DNA of 64,000 nt from Candidatus Bathyarchaeota archaeon (GTDB taxonomy: Archaea > Thermoproteota > Bathyarchaeia > 40CM-2-53-6 > JALHTG01): the NCBI GenBank assembly GCA_022865705.1, contig JALHTG010000042.1:15324-79323 (forward strand). Direction: 5' to 3'. Within the stretch, counting starts at the first letter, position 1. Every line of letters begins with the position of its first letter. Below the pieces are notes generated by a model that saw nothing but the letters and a program-made list of their open reading frames with translations, ran no database searches and was not told the origin of the DNA. Shown here piece after piece: positions 18,673 to 27,651 of the stretch. Made by a program: the position numbers and the translations under genes.

Positions 18673-19163
18673 CTGCTTTTACCATGTTTGATCTTGGAAT
18701 CAGCCTTCTCATTCTTAGATTGCAGCTCTCTCTGATACTGAGCCACCTTTGAGGCCAAACTCTGATTGCTTTCTCCAAGAATCTTTACGGCCGCCAGAGC
18801 AGCATTCTCTGGATCACAAGCAACAAGCGGAGCTACTCCCTTCGGCATTCTAAGCGACGAGTAAATGTCAACGCGCCAAAGGTCGTCGGACTGAGTCGGA
18901 CAAGCTATCACGGCATGTCTGGTTTGGAAATCGACGAATCCAGAGAGAGCGTTTGATCTGCCCGCGACAGTGATATACACGATTCCCTCGTCCAATTTCT
19001 CGTATTCTTCAAGGATCTGTATCAGTCTCCTTGGCTCTTTGTGGGCTGAGGCTACTCTGAATTCACAGCTCACTCCAAACCTGTCAAGAAATGGCTTGAT
19101 CGGTGATGCAAACGCGTAGTCAGTTTCTGAACCCAGAATGACAAGAACCCTTTGGCCAGTCAT
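18669..19163 (-). CDS. purE: AIR carboxylase, class II-type PurE
   Basis: Motifs: VLVILGSETDY, SAHKEP and VAGRSNALSG. The likely start is ATG 19163 (MTGQRVLVILGS) rather than GTG 19259. It overlaps purC by 4 nt. Confidence 0.85.
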   Translation of the reverse strand: MTGQRVLVILGSETDYAFASPIKPFLDRFGVSCEFRVASAHKEPRRLIQILEEYEKLDEGIVYITVAGRSNALSGFVDFQTRHAVIACPTQSDDLWRVDIYSSLRMPKGVAPLVACDPENAALAAVKILGESNQSLASKVAQYQRELQSKNEKADSKIKHGKSS

Positions 19164-19281
19164 GGACAAGAGTAGAAGTGCTGAGGTCTTATCGTTTTTG
19201 TCAATGTAGCAGCCTATGCTCGTATGTACATTAGGTTTGAGGCGTGTGTCGGAACTCACGAAACTAGAGCGTACTTTCGCT

Positions 19282-20151
19282 TCAGATTTCTTCTGCTATG
19301 TTTGCAACCGAGTCGCCTGGGAACACGACTCCAGGCATTTGGACACTTGTTATGATACCACTATGCTGGCTCAGCACCTTCTTACCTTCGGTAGTCATGA
19401 CCCCAAGCAGGTCGCCTTTCTTCACAGTCATACCTGCCGTGACCCGTGGAATGAAGAAATCCTCCTCGTCCACCTTAGTGTTCGATATCTTTCCGTAGAA
19501 CCTTTGCTTCGCGAGAGGCACTTTTTCGTCTATAATACTAAGGCTTGCGAGCAATCCGAATATGGTCCTATAGAGTTGGTCTGCATGATCTGTGTTGAAT
19601 ATGCCTCGGTGGCTCCCTGCCTCTATTATTGCTGCAGGCATCTTCTTGTGAGAGGCCTCAATGAAGAGCTGCCCTCTCAACCCAGAGGACTCCACCACTG
19701 TGGAGATCGCAAGCTTCCTTACATACTCTCTTACATAATCGAATTCTTGGTGGAGACATAGAACGTAAGGAATACAACTCATTCCGCATCCGTGCAGGTC
19801 GAGGATGTAATCAGCTTGCGTGGCCTCCTGCCATATGGTGTGGGCGAGGCGTTGGGAAACTGATCCCTTTTCGTCTCCAGGGAAAACTCTGTTCAGATCT
19901 GTGCTGTCAACAGGGGAGGCCCGTTCTCGACAACGAAAGGCTAACGGGTTGGATACAGGCAAGAATGTGACTGAGCCCTTAAGGGTTCTTTCATCAAGTG
20001 ATGAAATCGCACGTCGTATACTATAGGTTCCAATAACCTCGTCCCCATGCATCGCTCCAGTCACAAGAACTCTAGGCTTCCCCTTGCCGAGTCTATAGAA
20101 GGATAGAGTCGCTCCATATGTTTTGTCAACTTCTACTGAGACTCTCGACAT
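19282..20151 (-). CDS. succinylglutamate desuccinylase/aspartoacylase-family (M14-like) Zn hydrolase
   Basis: 289 aa. Motifs: the VLVTGAMHGDEVIG zinc site and LDLHGCG. Confidence 0.65.
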   Translation of the reverse strand: MSRVSVEVDKTYGATLSFYRLGKGKPRVLVTGAMHGDEVIGTYSIRRAISSLDERTLKGSVTFLPVSNPLAFRCRERASPVDSTDLNRVFPGDEKGSVSQRLAHTIWQEATQADYILDLHGCGMSCIPYVLCLHQEFDYVREYVRKLAISTVVESSGLRGQLFIEASHKKMPAAIIEAGSHRGIFNTDHADQLYRTIFGLLASLSIIDEKVPLAKQRFYGKISNTKVDEEDFFIPRVTAGMTVKKGDLLGVMTTEGKKVLSQHSGIITSVQMPGVVFPGDSVANIAEEI

Positions 20152-20322
20152 CTCGGTCTCCTCAGAGCAGAGATTGATAATCTAAGCTTCAGCTATTTTT
20201 CGCTTTCGAGTACACGCTTGAGCTGACATATGCATGCCCTAAACCTTAAGCGGCGCTCAGTCTCTTGTGTTTGACTGACACGATTCCCTGATATCTCCTT
20301 ACTGAAACAGCGGATTGCCTGA

Positions 20323-21420
20323 ATGAGATTCGAGAACATGAGAGAAGATAGCGCGGCTGAATCACTCTGCCTGCGGTTGGATAGGGGGAAGGGAGAATCC
20401 GCGCTTCGAATACTCAGGCAATTGCAGCTGCTAGATGGGACTTTCAAAGTTGGCCGAGACGATGATGAGCTGCTCATTCCTCTCCTTAGAGAACTATCAG
20501 AGGAAGAACGTTCTCTGTTGGGGACGCAGCTCGGGGATTTCAAAATAGTGAAAGCAGTTCTAGCCAGACGTTCAGAAAGACCCCAAACAATCTTTGATGC
20601 CTTGAAGGATCGACTTGCCCCAAACCAGTTGGCAAGTCTACCTAGATCTATCGACATTGTCGGAGACATTGGGATAGTGGAACTTCCTGAGGAGCTCCAT
20701 GGGCTGGAGGAAATAGTCGGAGATGCTGTCCTTAGAACAAACAAGAACATCCACACAGTTCTCGCTAAGGTCGGTCCCGTTTTCACGGATAAGCGCCTGA
20801 GGCAATTGCAAGTAATAGCAGGCTCTGGCGTCACTGAAACAACACACAAGGAATACGGATGCATGTTTCGTGTCGATGTCACAAAAGCATATTTCAGCCC
20901 CAGACTGTCTCTCGAGCACGACAGAGTAGCCAGCCAAGTAAGAGAGAACGAAACCGTAGTTGACATGTTCGCTGGCATCGGTCCTTTTGCCATTCAAATA
21001 GCGAAGAGAAGGAAGAACGTCCGTGTCTATGCAATCGACGTAAATGAAGATGCCATTAGATATCTTCAGGAGAATGTGCGACTCAACAAAGTCGAAGACA
21101 AGGTCATTGTGAAGGAGGGAAATGCCCGAACCATTGTAGAGACATATCTAGTTGAGAAATCAGATCGAATCATCATGAATCTTCCAGTCCAGTCAGCGAG
21201 ATTCGTCGACGTTGCCTGCCTAGCCCTCAAACCCGCCGGCGGAATCGTCCACTACTACACCTTTGCGTCGGATCCGGATCCTTTGGCGAAAGGAAAAGAG
21301 GAGCTTTCTGAGGCGGTCTTGAGGGCTGGGAGAAGGCTTGATCGAATACTTCAATCAAGAACGGTCAAAGGAACAGCGCCACATGAGTGGCTGCTTGCCT
21401 TGGACGGTTTCATAAGATGA
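20323..21420 (+). CDS. trm5: tRNA (guanine37-N1)-methyltransferase Trm5 (Met-10+/TYW2 family)
   Basis: 365 aa. Motifs: VVDMFAGIGPFAIQIAK (SAM motif), IIMNLP and FSPRLSLEH. Confidence 0.8.
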   Translation: MRFENMREDSAAESLCLRLDRGKGESALRILRQLQLLDGTFKVGRDDDELLIPLLRELSEEERSLLGTQLGDFKIVKAVLARRSERPQTIFDALKDRLAPNQLASLPRSIDIVGDIGIVELPEELHGLEEIVGDAVLRTNKNIHTVLAKVGPVFTDKRLRQLQVIAGSGVTETTHKEYGCMFRVDVTKAYFSPRLSLEHDRVASQVRENETVVDMFAGIGPFAIQIAKRRKNVRVYAIDVNEDAIRYLQENVRLNKVEDKVIVKEGNARTIVETYLVEKSDRIIMNLPVQSARFVDVACLALKPAGGIVHYYTFASDPDPLAKGKEELSEAVLRAGRRLDRILQSRTVKGTAPHEWLLALDGFIR

Positions 21421-21424
21421 GTAA

Positions 21425-21853
21425 CTAGATCTCACCTATCAATCGAATAGTGATCTTGCGGTCAGGATTTCTGACAAGATCGATGAATCCTCTGGGAAAA
21501 TCCTGGGCTGCGATGTTTGAAGAAACCATCAGTGTTCTCGGACAGGTATAGGTGCTCTTTCGCGCAACTAGATCAGTAGGATGGGTAAATTGCAGACCGC
21601 CACTTCCTCTGCCGCATGCTTTCACTTGAATGTCCCCTGCTGAGAGGAGAACTGTGATTCTCGCAGAGTCATTTCCTGCAATTGTCTTGAAGTCTTGAGA
21701 GAGATCGATCGCTCCTTTCGAGGCTCGGACCGCCACAATACAGTCACCTCTTCTAGTGAGATGAGTTTCCTTGGTGATCTCAAAGGACATCTCGTGCGTC
21801 GCTGCTATTGTTGCGTGTCCATATGCGTCAAAGGTTTCCTCGACCCGAGCCAT
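21425..21853 (-). CDS. DUF371-like protein
   Basis: 142 aa. ATHEMSFEITKETHLTRRGDCIVAV resembles the archaeal DUF371 family as I remember it. This needs an HMM check. Confidence 0.55.
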   Translation of the reverse strand: MARVEETFDAYGHATIAATHEMSFEITKETHLTRRGDCIVAVRASKGAIDLSQDFKTIAGNDSARITVLLSAGDIQVKACGRGSGGLQFTHPTDLVARKSTYTCPRTLMVSSNIAAQDFPRGFIDLVRNPDRKITIRLIGEI

Positions 21854-21894
21854 AGTTCGTCAACGCTCAGAATGAGTCTCTGAAATGCTTAAGG

Positions 21895-22614
21895 GTGTCT
21901 TTAGCCAATGCCACTGGGAACTCTAAGGGACGTTTCTTGACGGATAAAGAGGAATACGAGAGAACCATAGCCTCACTGGAAAGCCACGGCATTCTGAAGA
22001 GAAAAGAGGTCTTACGCGCGTTTCTCTCTGTTCCGAGATGGGAGTTTCTCCCACGTGAAGCAAAGGGATATGCCCACATTGATACTCCCATACCCATTGG
22101 TCACGGACAGACAACGAGCGCTCTCCACATGACAGCAATGTTCTGCGAATACGGCGGAATGAAATTGGGACAAAAAGTGCTGGAGGTCGGAGGAGGATGT
22201 GGCTACATGAGCTGCGTATATGCAGAAGTTGTAGCGTCAAAGGACGCAAAACAAGACCAGTGGGGACACGTCTGGTCGGTCGAGATCGTCAAAGAACTCG
22301 CGGAATCAGCAAAGCAAAGCATTGAGCGGACAGGCTATGGTGACCGAGTAACAATGATTTATGGTGACGCGTCAGAGGGACTCCCCGAACATGCGCCCTA
22401 TAATGTCATAGTCGTTACCAGTGCTGCTCCAGATGTGCCAAAACCGATGATTGAACAGTTGGCTCCGAATGGAGTCTTGCTCATACCGATCGGGGGACCG
22501 CACCTATACCAGGAGCTGCTTAGAATAGGAAAGTCAGATGGAGGTATTGAAGAGAAGAGTATAGGGGGAGTCGCCTTCGTCCCTATGAGAGGAAAGAGAG
22601 GGTGGAAAGGTTAG
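21895..22614 (+). CDS. pcm: protein-L-isoaspartate O-methyltransferase
   Basis: 239 aa. Motifs: HIDTPIPIGHGQTTSALHM and VLEVGGGCGYMSCVYAE. GTG start; an internal TTG is possible. Confidence 0.85.
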   Translation: MSLANATGNSKGRFLTDKEEYERTIASLESHGILKRKEVLRAFLSVPRWEFLPREAKGYAHIDTPIPIGHGQTTSALHMTAMFCEYGGMKLGQKVLEVGGGCGYMSCVYAEVVASKDAKQDQWGHVWSVEIVKELAESAKQSIERTGYGDRVTMIYGDASEGLPEHAPYNVIVVTSAAPDVPKPMIEQLAPNGVLLIPIGGPHLYQELLRIGKSDGGIEEKSIGGVAFVPMRGKRGWKG

Positions 22615-23642
22615 CGGAAGAAAGAGTCTAAGGTCCTCTTCTTTTCTCGTTCCTTCATCCCAGCAACCATTCTCTCAACCGCGTTTCTGACTCTCTCTTC
22701 GGAAAAGTCTCGTTCCTTGCAGAGAAATTGAACAACCTCATCAATCTTCGGTTCTTTCCATTCTATCGAATAGTTGTCTGAGACATCGGGGTTAAGAAAT
22801 ACTTGCTTTATCTTGCGGGGGTCTTCAGGAAACTCAGCCTGAATACTGGGAAGGATTTTGTCAAGACTTCCATGCTCCCTCAACATCTTGAGCGCTGTCT
22901 TCGGCCCCACACCTTTAACTCCATCGGGATTATAGTCGGTTCCTACCAGTATGCCAAGATCTATCAGCTGTTCTCTCGTGATACCGAGTTCCGATAGAAC
23001 CTTTGACAACTCCACGAACTCCGCCTCAACCTCGATATATGTCGGTCTTCCTGGAAGTTTTCTTCTACCACTTATGGCAAGATTTCTCACAAGACGGGGG
23101 GCACCAAAAAGGAGTGAATCATAATCCTGTGATGCGGCAGCCCACACATGGCCTTTCCTGGCAATATGAGCGGCTTGGGCCTCTCCTTCAGACGGAGCCT
23201 GGATCCATGGTATGCCTAATGTGTCGAGCAGTTTCTTGGCATCATCAACCATGAGATCCTTTAATCTTGAGGTGGCTTGAGCGTGTTTCTTGGCCTCTCG
23301 GAGATCTCCCCTTTTGAGCGCTTCCTCATACCTCACTAGCGCTTCCTCCTTCACCTTCGATCTTCGTTTAATCTCCACTTCTTTGAGAGAGGGAGGAGTT
23401 CCGTCGAACACATACGCGAGCCTGATCCCTTTCTCGGCCATGTTGGTGGTTCTGTAAAGTAGCCCGCTCAAATGACTGGTAATCCTTCCCTGCCTATCCA
23501 TCAGGGGTTCTCCGGTCGGACCACGGATGATTGACAGAAATTGGTAGAGAGAGTTGTAACCATCGACCGCAATTGATCTTCCGGAAAGCTCCTCGAGCGT
23601 AGTCTTCTCTTTCGAAATGAGATCTGCGAGATCGACTCCCAA
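22611..23642 (-). CDS. fen: flap endonuclease 1
   Basis: 343 aa. It starts MGVDLADLI, has XPG-N/XPG-I regions (YVFDG, GVGPKTA) and a C-terminal PIP-like LDSFF. Confidence 0.9.
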   Translation of the reverse strand: MGVDLADLISKEKTTLEELSGRSIAVDGYNSLYQFLSIIRGPTGEPLMDRQGRITSHLSGLLYRTTNMAEKGIRLAYVFDGTPPSLKEVEIKRRSKVKEEALVRYEEALKRGDLREAKKHAQATSRLKDLMVDDAKKLLDTLGIPWIQAPSEGEAQAAHIARKGHVWAAASQDYDSLLFGAPRLVRNLAISGRRKLPGRPTYIEVEAEFVELSKVLSELGITREQLIDLGILVGTDYNPDGVKGVGPKTALKMLREHGSLDKILPSIQAEFPEDPRKIKQVFLNPDVSDNYSIEWKEPKIDEVVQFLCKERDFSEERVRNAVERMVAGMKEREKKRTLDSFFR

Positions 23643-23786
23643 TCAGTACACCGGGCCGCCGATTGGCTGCGCAAAACTAGTATCTACTGGTGTGAGTAGA
23701 AAAACAATGCCTTTGTTTTGAGTCATATAGCTTAGGGATTGCCAGAGGATAGTCGCAGTCCTTCCTGCTTTCTCGTAGGAGGCCGT

Positions 23787-24035
23787 CTATTTTGCGTCTT
23801 CAATTGTGATTGTGCAATTGGTTAGAAGGGCGCTGAAGACCCCTAGAGCTGCAAGATAGGGCGAGACAACCGCGCCCACCACTCCCGCAGTGAGAGGGAT
23901 CTCAATCAAGGTCTTGTCTCTGTGCCTTACCGTAAGTTTCTTGGCGTTGCCTTCTTTGACCAGTCGCTTCGCTTGTTCCACCAGGTCCTCTACAGCAAAC
24001 ATGAACTCGTCCACAACCTGTCTCTCGCTCAGCAT
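23787..24035 (-). CDS. DUF4342-like small protein
   Basis: 82 aa. EGNAKKLTVRHRDKTLIEIPLTAGVVGAVVSPYLAALGVFSALLTNCTITIE matches the DUF4342 pattern as remembered (GNVRR..i.......iEiPlt.Gv.g...........a....C.i.ve). It starts 9 nt after the upstream gene. Confidence 0.7.
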   Translation of the reverse strand: MLSERQVVDEFMFAVEDLVEQAKRLVKEGNAKKLTVRHRDKTLIEIPLTAGVVGAVVSPYLAALGVFSALLTNCTITIEDAK

Positions 24036-24044
24036 CAGCCACCT

Positions 24045-24293
24045 CTAGGCTCCTTTCTCCCTCGGTCCTACCAGTTCAACCCTTCTCTTTCCTTTCATAA
24101 GCCGAGTGACTCGAACTAGCCCTTGGACCTCAAGTCTGAGAAGTGCCTTGTTCAGTTCTCTGAAGCTCAGATCCCCGTAGGAATCCTTCAACTCGGAAAG
24201 GAGCTCCAGATCGGCTATCGGGCCCTTTTTCTGCAGCGTCTCCACGACCGCCAAGTTGACTGGGCGGGAGTTCCAAGTTGAAATGTTTACCAT
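24045..24293 (-). CDS. small winged-helix-like protein, unknown function
   Basis: 82 aa. The segment LSFRELNKALLRLEVQGLVRVTRL looks wHTH-like. It starts 11 nt after the cdc48 stop. Confidence 0.5.
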   Translation of the reverse strand: MVNISTWNSRPVNLAVVETLQKKGPIADLELLSELKDSYGDLSFRELNKALLRLEVQGLVRVTRLMKGKRRVELVGPREKGA

Positions 24294-24304
24294 TCCATGT
24301 TCCT

Positions 24305-26482
24305 CTAGGCTGTGATGGGGACTGCTGCTCTCTCTTTCCTAAATCGTTTGGCAAATCCGAGATACGCGTTTTCCATGTCAGCTGATAGGCTTGGCTTGAC
24401 CTTCTCTATGGCGTCTTCAAAGTCTTTGAGGGAGATGCTTTTCGCTTCGATATTGTGCCTGAGTGCAATCATGCCAGCTTCGCGGCATATGGCTTGAAGG
24501 TCTGCGCCGGAATACCCCATGGTTTTCCTGGCGAGTTCTTCCAAGTTGACATCTTTCTCCAGTGGCATACCTTTCGTGTGTATCTTTAGTACTTGGAGGC
24601 GTGTCCGTTCGTCGGGAGTCGGCACGTAGATCAGTCTATCGAATCTTCCAGGTCTCAGTGCCGCTGGGTCCAGAATGTCTGGTCTGTTCGTCGCAGCGAT
24701 CACTACGACGTTCTGCAGAGCCTCGATTCCGTCCATTTCACTCAGAAGTTGGCTTATCACCCGTTCTGATGCTCCGGAGTCTGCGTATCCCATGCCACGT
24801 CTTGGAATGACTGAGTCGAGTTCGTCGAAGAATATTATTGAGGGAGCGGCTGTTCTTCCTTTCCTGAACACTTCACGGATGGCTTTCTCAGATTCTCCGA
24901 CCCATTTGCTGAAGATCTCGGGTCCCTTGATGGAAATGAAATTGGCTTCGCTCTCAGTCGATATCGCCCTGGCCAGCATTGTTTTTCCACATCCAGGCGG
25001 TCCGTAGAGAAGTATGCCCTTTGGAGGTTGGACCCCTACTCTCTTGAAGACCTCTGGCTTCTTGATAGGCCATTCCACAGCTTCCATCAGCTCCTGCTTG
25101 ACATCGAGTAGTCCTCCGACGTCCTCCCACTTGACAGTGGGAATCTCGACGTATACCTCTCTCATTGCTGTCGGTGTTATCTCTCGGTATGCTGCCATGA
25201 AATCGTCGAGCTTTACCTCCATCTTCTCAAGAGTTTCAGTCGGTATCTTTTCTTCTTCAAGATTTATCTCGGGCAGATATCGCCTCAAAGTCTTCATGGC
25301 TGCCTCTCGGCAGAGAGCTGACTGGTCAGCTCCAGTATACCCGTGACTTAGGTTTGCCAGTTTTTGCAGATCCACATCCTTAGCCAGAGGCATGTTTCTA
25401 GTGTGAATCTGCAAGATTTCATATCGTGCTTGTCTGTCAGGTACACCTATCTCTATTTCCCGGTCGAACCTGCCGGGCCTTCTGAGAGCGGGATCAATGG
25501 CGTTGGGTCTGTTCGTTGCCCCTATGACAATTATGTTTCCTCTGCTACCCATGCCATCCATTAATGAGAGCAGTTGGGCTACTACACGCCGCTCGACTTC
25601 TCCAGTGACTTCTTCACGTTTGGGTGCGATAGCATCCATTTCATCAATGAAGACTATGCTTGGCGCCGATTCGTGAGCCTTCTGGAAGATCTCTCTCAAG
25701 CGTGCCTCAGACTCGCCATAGAATTTGCTCATTATCTCCGGACCTGAGATCACGTAGAAATTGGCATCTGACTCATTCGCCACAGCCTTTGCCAACAGAG
25801 TCTTGCCGCATCCAGGCGGACCGAAGAGGAAAATTCCTCGTGGAGGCTCAATGCCTAACCGCTGGAAAAGCTCCGGATGCCTAAGCGGCAGTTCAACCAT
25901 CTCTCGAATTCTCTGAATCTCTTCATGGAGTCCTCCGATGTCCTCGTACGTGATCATCGAAATGCCTTTCTTCTCAGGAGTAGGTTCTCCAAGAACCTGA
26001 ACAGCAGTTGCCTCAGTGATCTTGATCGCTCCGTGAGGTCTTCCTCTGACAACGGCAAGAGGAACGGCGCTTCCGAAGATAGAGAGAAGCGTCATGTCGC
26101 CTTCTCGGAACGGCATGTCCATGAAGCGCCTCTTGACAAAGTTGACGAAGTCCTCGTCAACGCTCAGGCGAACGTCGGTTGGTGCGAAAACTATGTTCTG
26201 AGCTTCTTTCACTTCTGAAGATCTAATCGTGACGTATTCGTTCAGGGCAACGCCTGCGTTTCTTCGGACGATGCCGTCCATGCGAATGATGTCTTGACCT
26301 TGATCTTCGGCGTACGCTGGCCACGCCACAGCCACAGTGACCTTCTTTCCATGGATCTCAATGAAATCTCCTGCTGAGATCCCTAGGTTCTGCATGGTCG
26401 TGTTGTCTATTCTTACCTTCCCGTGGCCGATGTCGCGCTGTCTTGCGTCAGCCACACGTAATTGTACTTCTTTATTCACCAA
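24305..26482 (-). CDS. cdc48: Cdc48/VCP-type AAA+ ATPase
   Basis: 725 aa. It has an N-domain ([15 protein letters not shown]) plus two AAA modules. Each module has a GPPGCGKT Walker A and a DEMD/DELD Walker B. TTG start at 26482. Confidence 0.9.
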   Translation of the reverse strand: MVNKEVQLRVADARQRDIGHGKVRIDNTTMQNLGISAGDFIEIHGKKVTVAVAWPAYAEDQGQDIIRMDGIVRRNAGVALNEYVTIRSSEVKEAQNIVFAPTDVRLSVDEDFVNFVKRRFMDMPFREGDMTLLSIFGSAVPLAVVRGRPHGAIKITEATAVQVLGEPTPEKKGISMITYEDIGGLHEEIQRIREMVELPLRHPELFQRLGIEPPRGIFLFGPPGCGKTLLAKAVANESDANFYVISGPEIMSKFYGESEARLREIFQKAHESAPSIVFIDEMDAIAPKREEVTGEVERRVVAQLLSLMDGMGSRGNIIVIGATNRPNAIDPALRRPGRFDREIEIGVPDRQARYEILQIHTRNMPLAKDVDLQKLANLSHGYTGADQSALCREAAMKTLRRYLPEINLEEEKIPTETLEKMEVKLDDFMAAYREITPTAMREVYVEIPTVKWEDVGGLLDVKQELMEAVEWPIKKPEVFKRVGVQPPKGILLYGPPGCGKTMLARAISTESEANFISIKGPEIFSKWVGESEKAIREVFRKGRTAAPSIIFFDELDSVIPRRGMGYADSGASERVISQLLSEMDGIEALQNVVVIAATNRPDILDPAALRPGRFDRLIYVPTPDERTRLQVLKIHTKGMPLEKDVNLEELARKTMGYSGADLQAICREAGMIALRHNIEAKSISLKDFEDAIEKVKPSLSADMENAYLGFAKRFRKERAAVPITA

Positions 26483-26551
26483 TCCTATTCTTCTCCATCA
26501 TGATTGAATACTGACTTTATCGACATGTGTTCGTTTGGAGCTCTGGAGCTT

Positions 26552-26902
26552 CTAGACCTCCCACATTGTCTTCCTTAGGTTCTCGAGAAACTGCATGTAT
26601 TGACGCAGTATTCTCTTTCCCATCTCTGTTAGGTCGAACCTTCCGTCCGAGAGCTCCTCTATGAGCGATCTTTCTTGAAGCATCGCGAGGTTCTCGTAGA
26701 CAAGTTTCGGGTTGACTAATCGTCGCAGGTGTGATTTGTTGCATGGTTCCCTGTACATTGTCAGGAGCATCTCCAGACGAGCTGAACTCTCGAAGACATC
26801 GAGTAGTTCGAATGCCTTATTGAACATCTCCTCTAGCTCTGCGAAGTCGGAAGGGAGATCTATGCTTCTGCTTCTTCTGTACCTTGTCTTCTCCAACGTC
26901 AC
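26552..26902 (-). CDS. ArsR-like winged-helix transcription regulator
   Basis: 116 aa. The region ARLEMLLTMYREPCNKSHLRRLVNPKLVYENLAMLQERSLIEE looks HTH-like. GTG start at 26902. It lies upstream of cdc48 on the same strand. Confidence 0.55.
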   Translation of the reverse strand: MTLEKTRYRRSRSIDLPSDFAELEEMFNKAFELLDVFESSARLEMLLTMYREPCNKSHLRRLVNPKLVYENLAMLQERSLIEELSDGRFDLTEMGKRILRQYMQFLENLRKTMWEV

Positions 26903-26914
26903 ATGTCTTCACGC

Positions 26915-26961
26915 TGTTACTCAAGGTAACAAGCTAGTTTATAAATGTTACTTAAGGTAAC
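26915..26961. promoter_or_regulatory. two palindromic boxes flanking a TATA element (candidate operator/promoter of the ArsR-like gene)
   Basis: The boxes are TGTTAC-TCAAG-GTAACA (26915-26931) and GTTAC-TTAAG-GTAAC (26947-26961). TTTATAAAT (26938-26946) lies between them. The start codon at 26902 is 13 nt from box 1. Confidence 0.55.
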
Positions 26962-27087
26962 TACCGTCGCCCTCCAAGAGCACAGAATCATCCCTAACTT
27001 CAACGTAAGACGAGATATTGTTGCGGTTACGACTCTGAAAGAAGCAAATTGAGAAGAGATGGGAACCAGATAGGTGCGAGAGCTAAC

Positions 27088-27354
27088 CTAGGTTCTACCC
27101 ACAGCTATCGTTTGAACCTCGCCAACATTCGGCGTGTCAGCTATTGCCTTCTCAACCTGCTCGATTACGCCGTCCTTCTCAGCCATCAAGATCGTGACAA
27201 CAAGAGCCACCAATCCGAAAGCGATTGGTTCCTCTTGGACCTTGAGGATTGATGCGTCCTTCGGCAAGTGATTTGACAACTCCTCCTGTAGTTTCTTGAG
27301 GTCGACATCTACTTCTGATGGGAAGACCTTCATCTGCACCAGAACCTTTGCCAT
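27088..27354 (-). CDS. translation elongation factor aEF-1 beta
   Basis: Starts at ATG 27354, reading MAKVLVQMKVFPSEVDVDLKKLQEEL...EVQTIAVGRT. Typical aEF-1beta size and sequence. The track start 27387 is probably too long. Confidence 0.8.
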   Translation of the reverse strand: MAKVLVQMKVFPSEVDVDLKKLQEELSNHLPKDASILKVQEEPIAFGLVALVVTILMAEKDGVIEQVEKAIADTPNVGEVQTIAVGRT

Positions 27355-27365
27355 GAATTCACAAC

Positions 27366-27551
27366 CTATGGACCTTTGAATCCGCACTTAGCGCATTTGT
27401 ACGGCCTACCGAATAATCTGCACTTCTCGCAACGCCAGATGGTTACCTCACCGCATTCAGGGCACGAGAAATGTACGGCCCCCTCTCCTGGTAGAATCAT
27501 TCTTCCGCACCAGTTGCATGTAGGCATCTTGACGGCTTTGACTTCGCTCAA
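27366..27551 (-). CDS. Zn-ribbon protein of the type conserved next to aEF-1beta
   Basis: 61 aa with four CxxC pairs (CNWCG, CPECG, CEKC, CAKCG). It sits immediately upstream of aEF-1beta, a conserved archaeal pairing. TTG 27551 or ATG 27527 start. Confidence 0.7.
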   Translation of the reverse strand: MSEVKAVKMPTCNWCGRMILPGEGAVHFSCPECGEVTIWRCEKCRLFGRPYKCAKCGFKGP

Positions 27552-27651
27552 TCATCGCACCTTGTAGCGACAGACGGAATACCGCTCGCGTATTTATTCC
27601 TTGTCTGACCGTCATTAGACAGAAGAGCGATTCCGAACGGAAGCATTCGGC

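Noticed and set aside
20193-20993. 266-aa ORF antisense to trm5.
   Set aside because: It lies fully inside a well-supported Trm5 coding region on the other strand. Its composition is low-complexity and Ser/Arg/Leu-rich, and I recognise no motif. It is typical of a shadow ORF.
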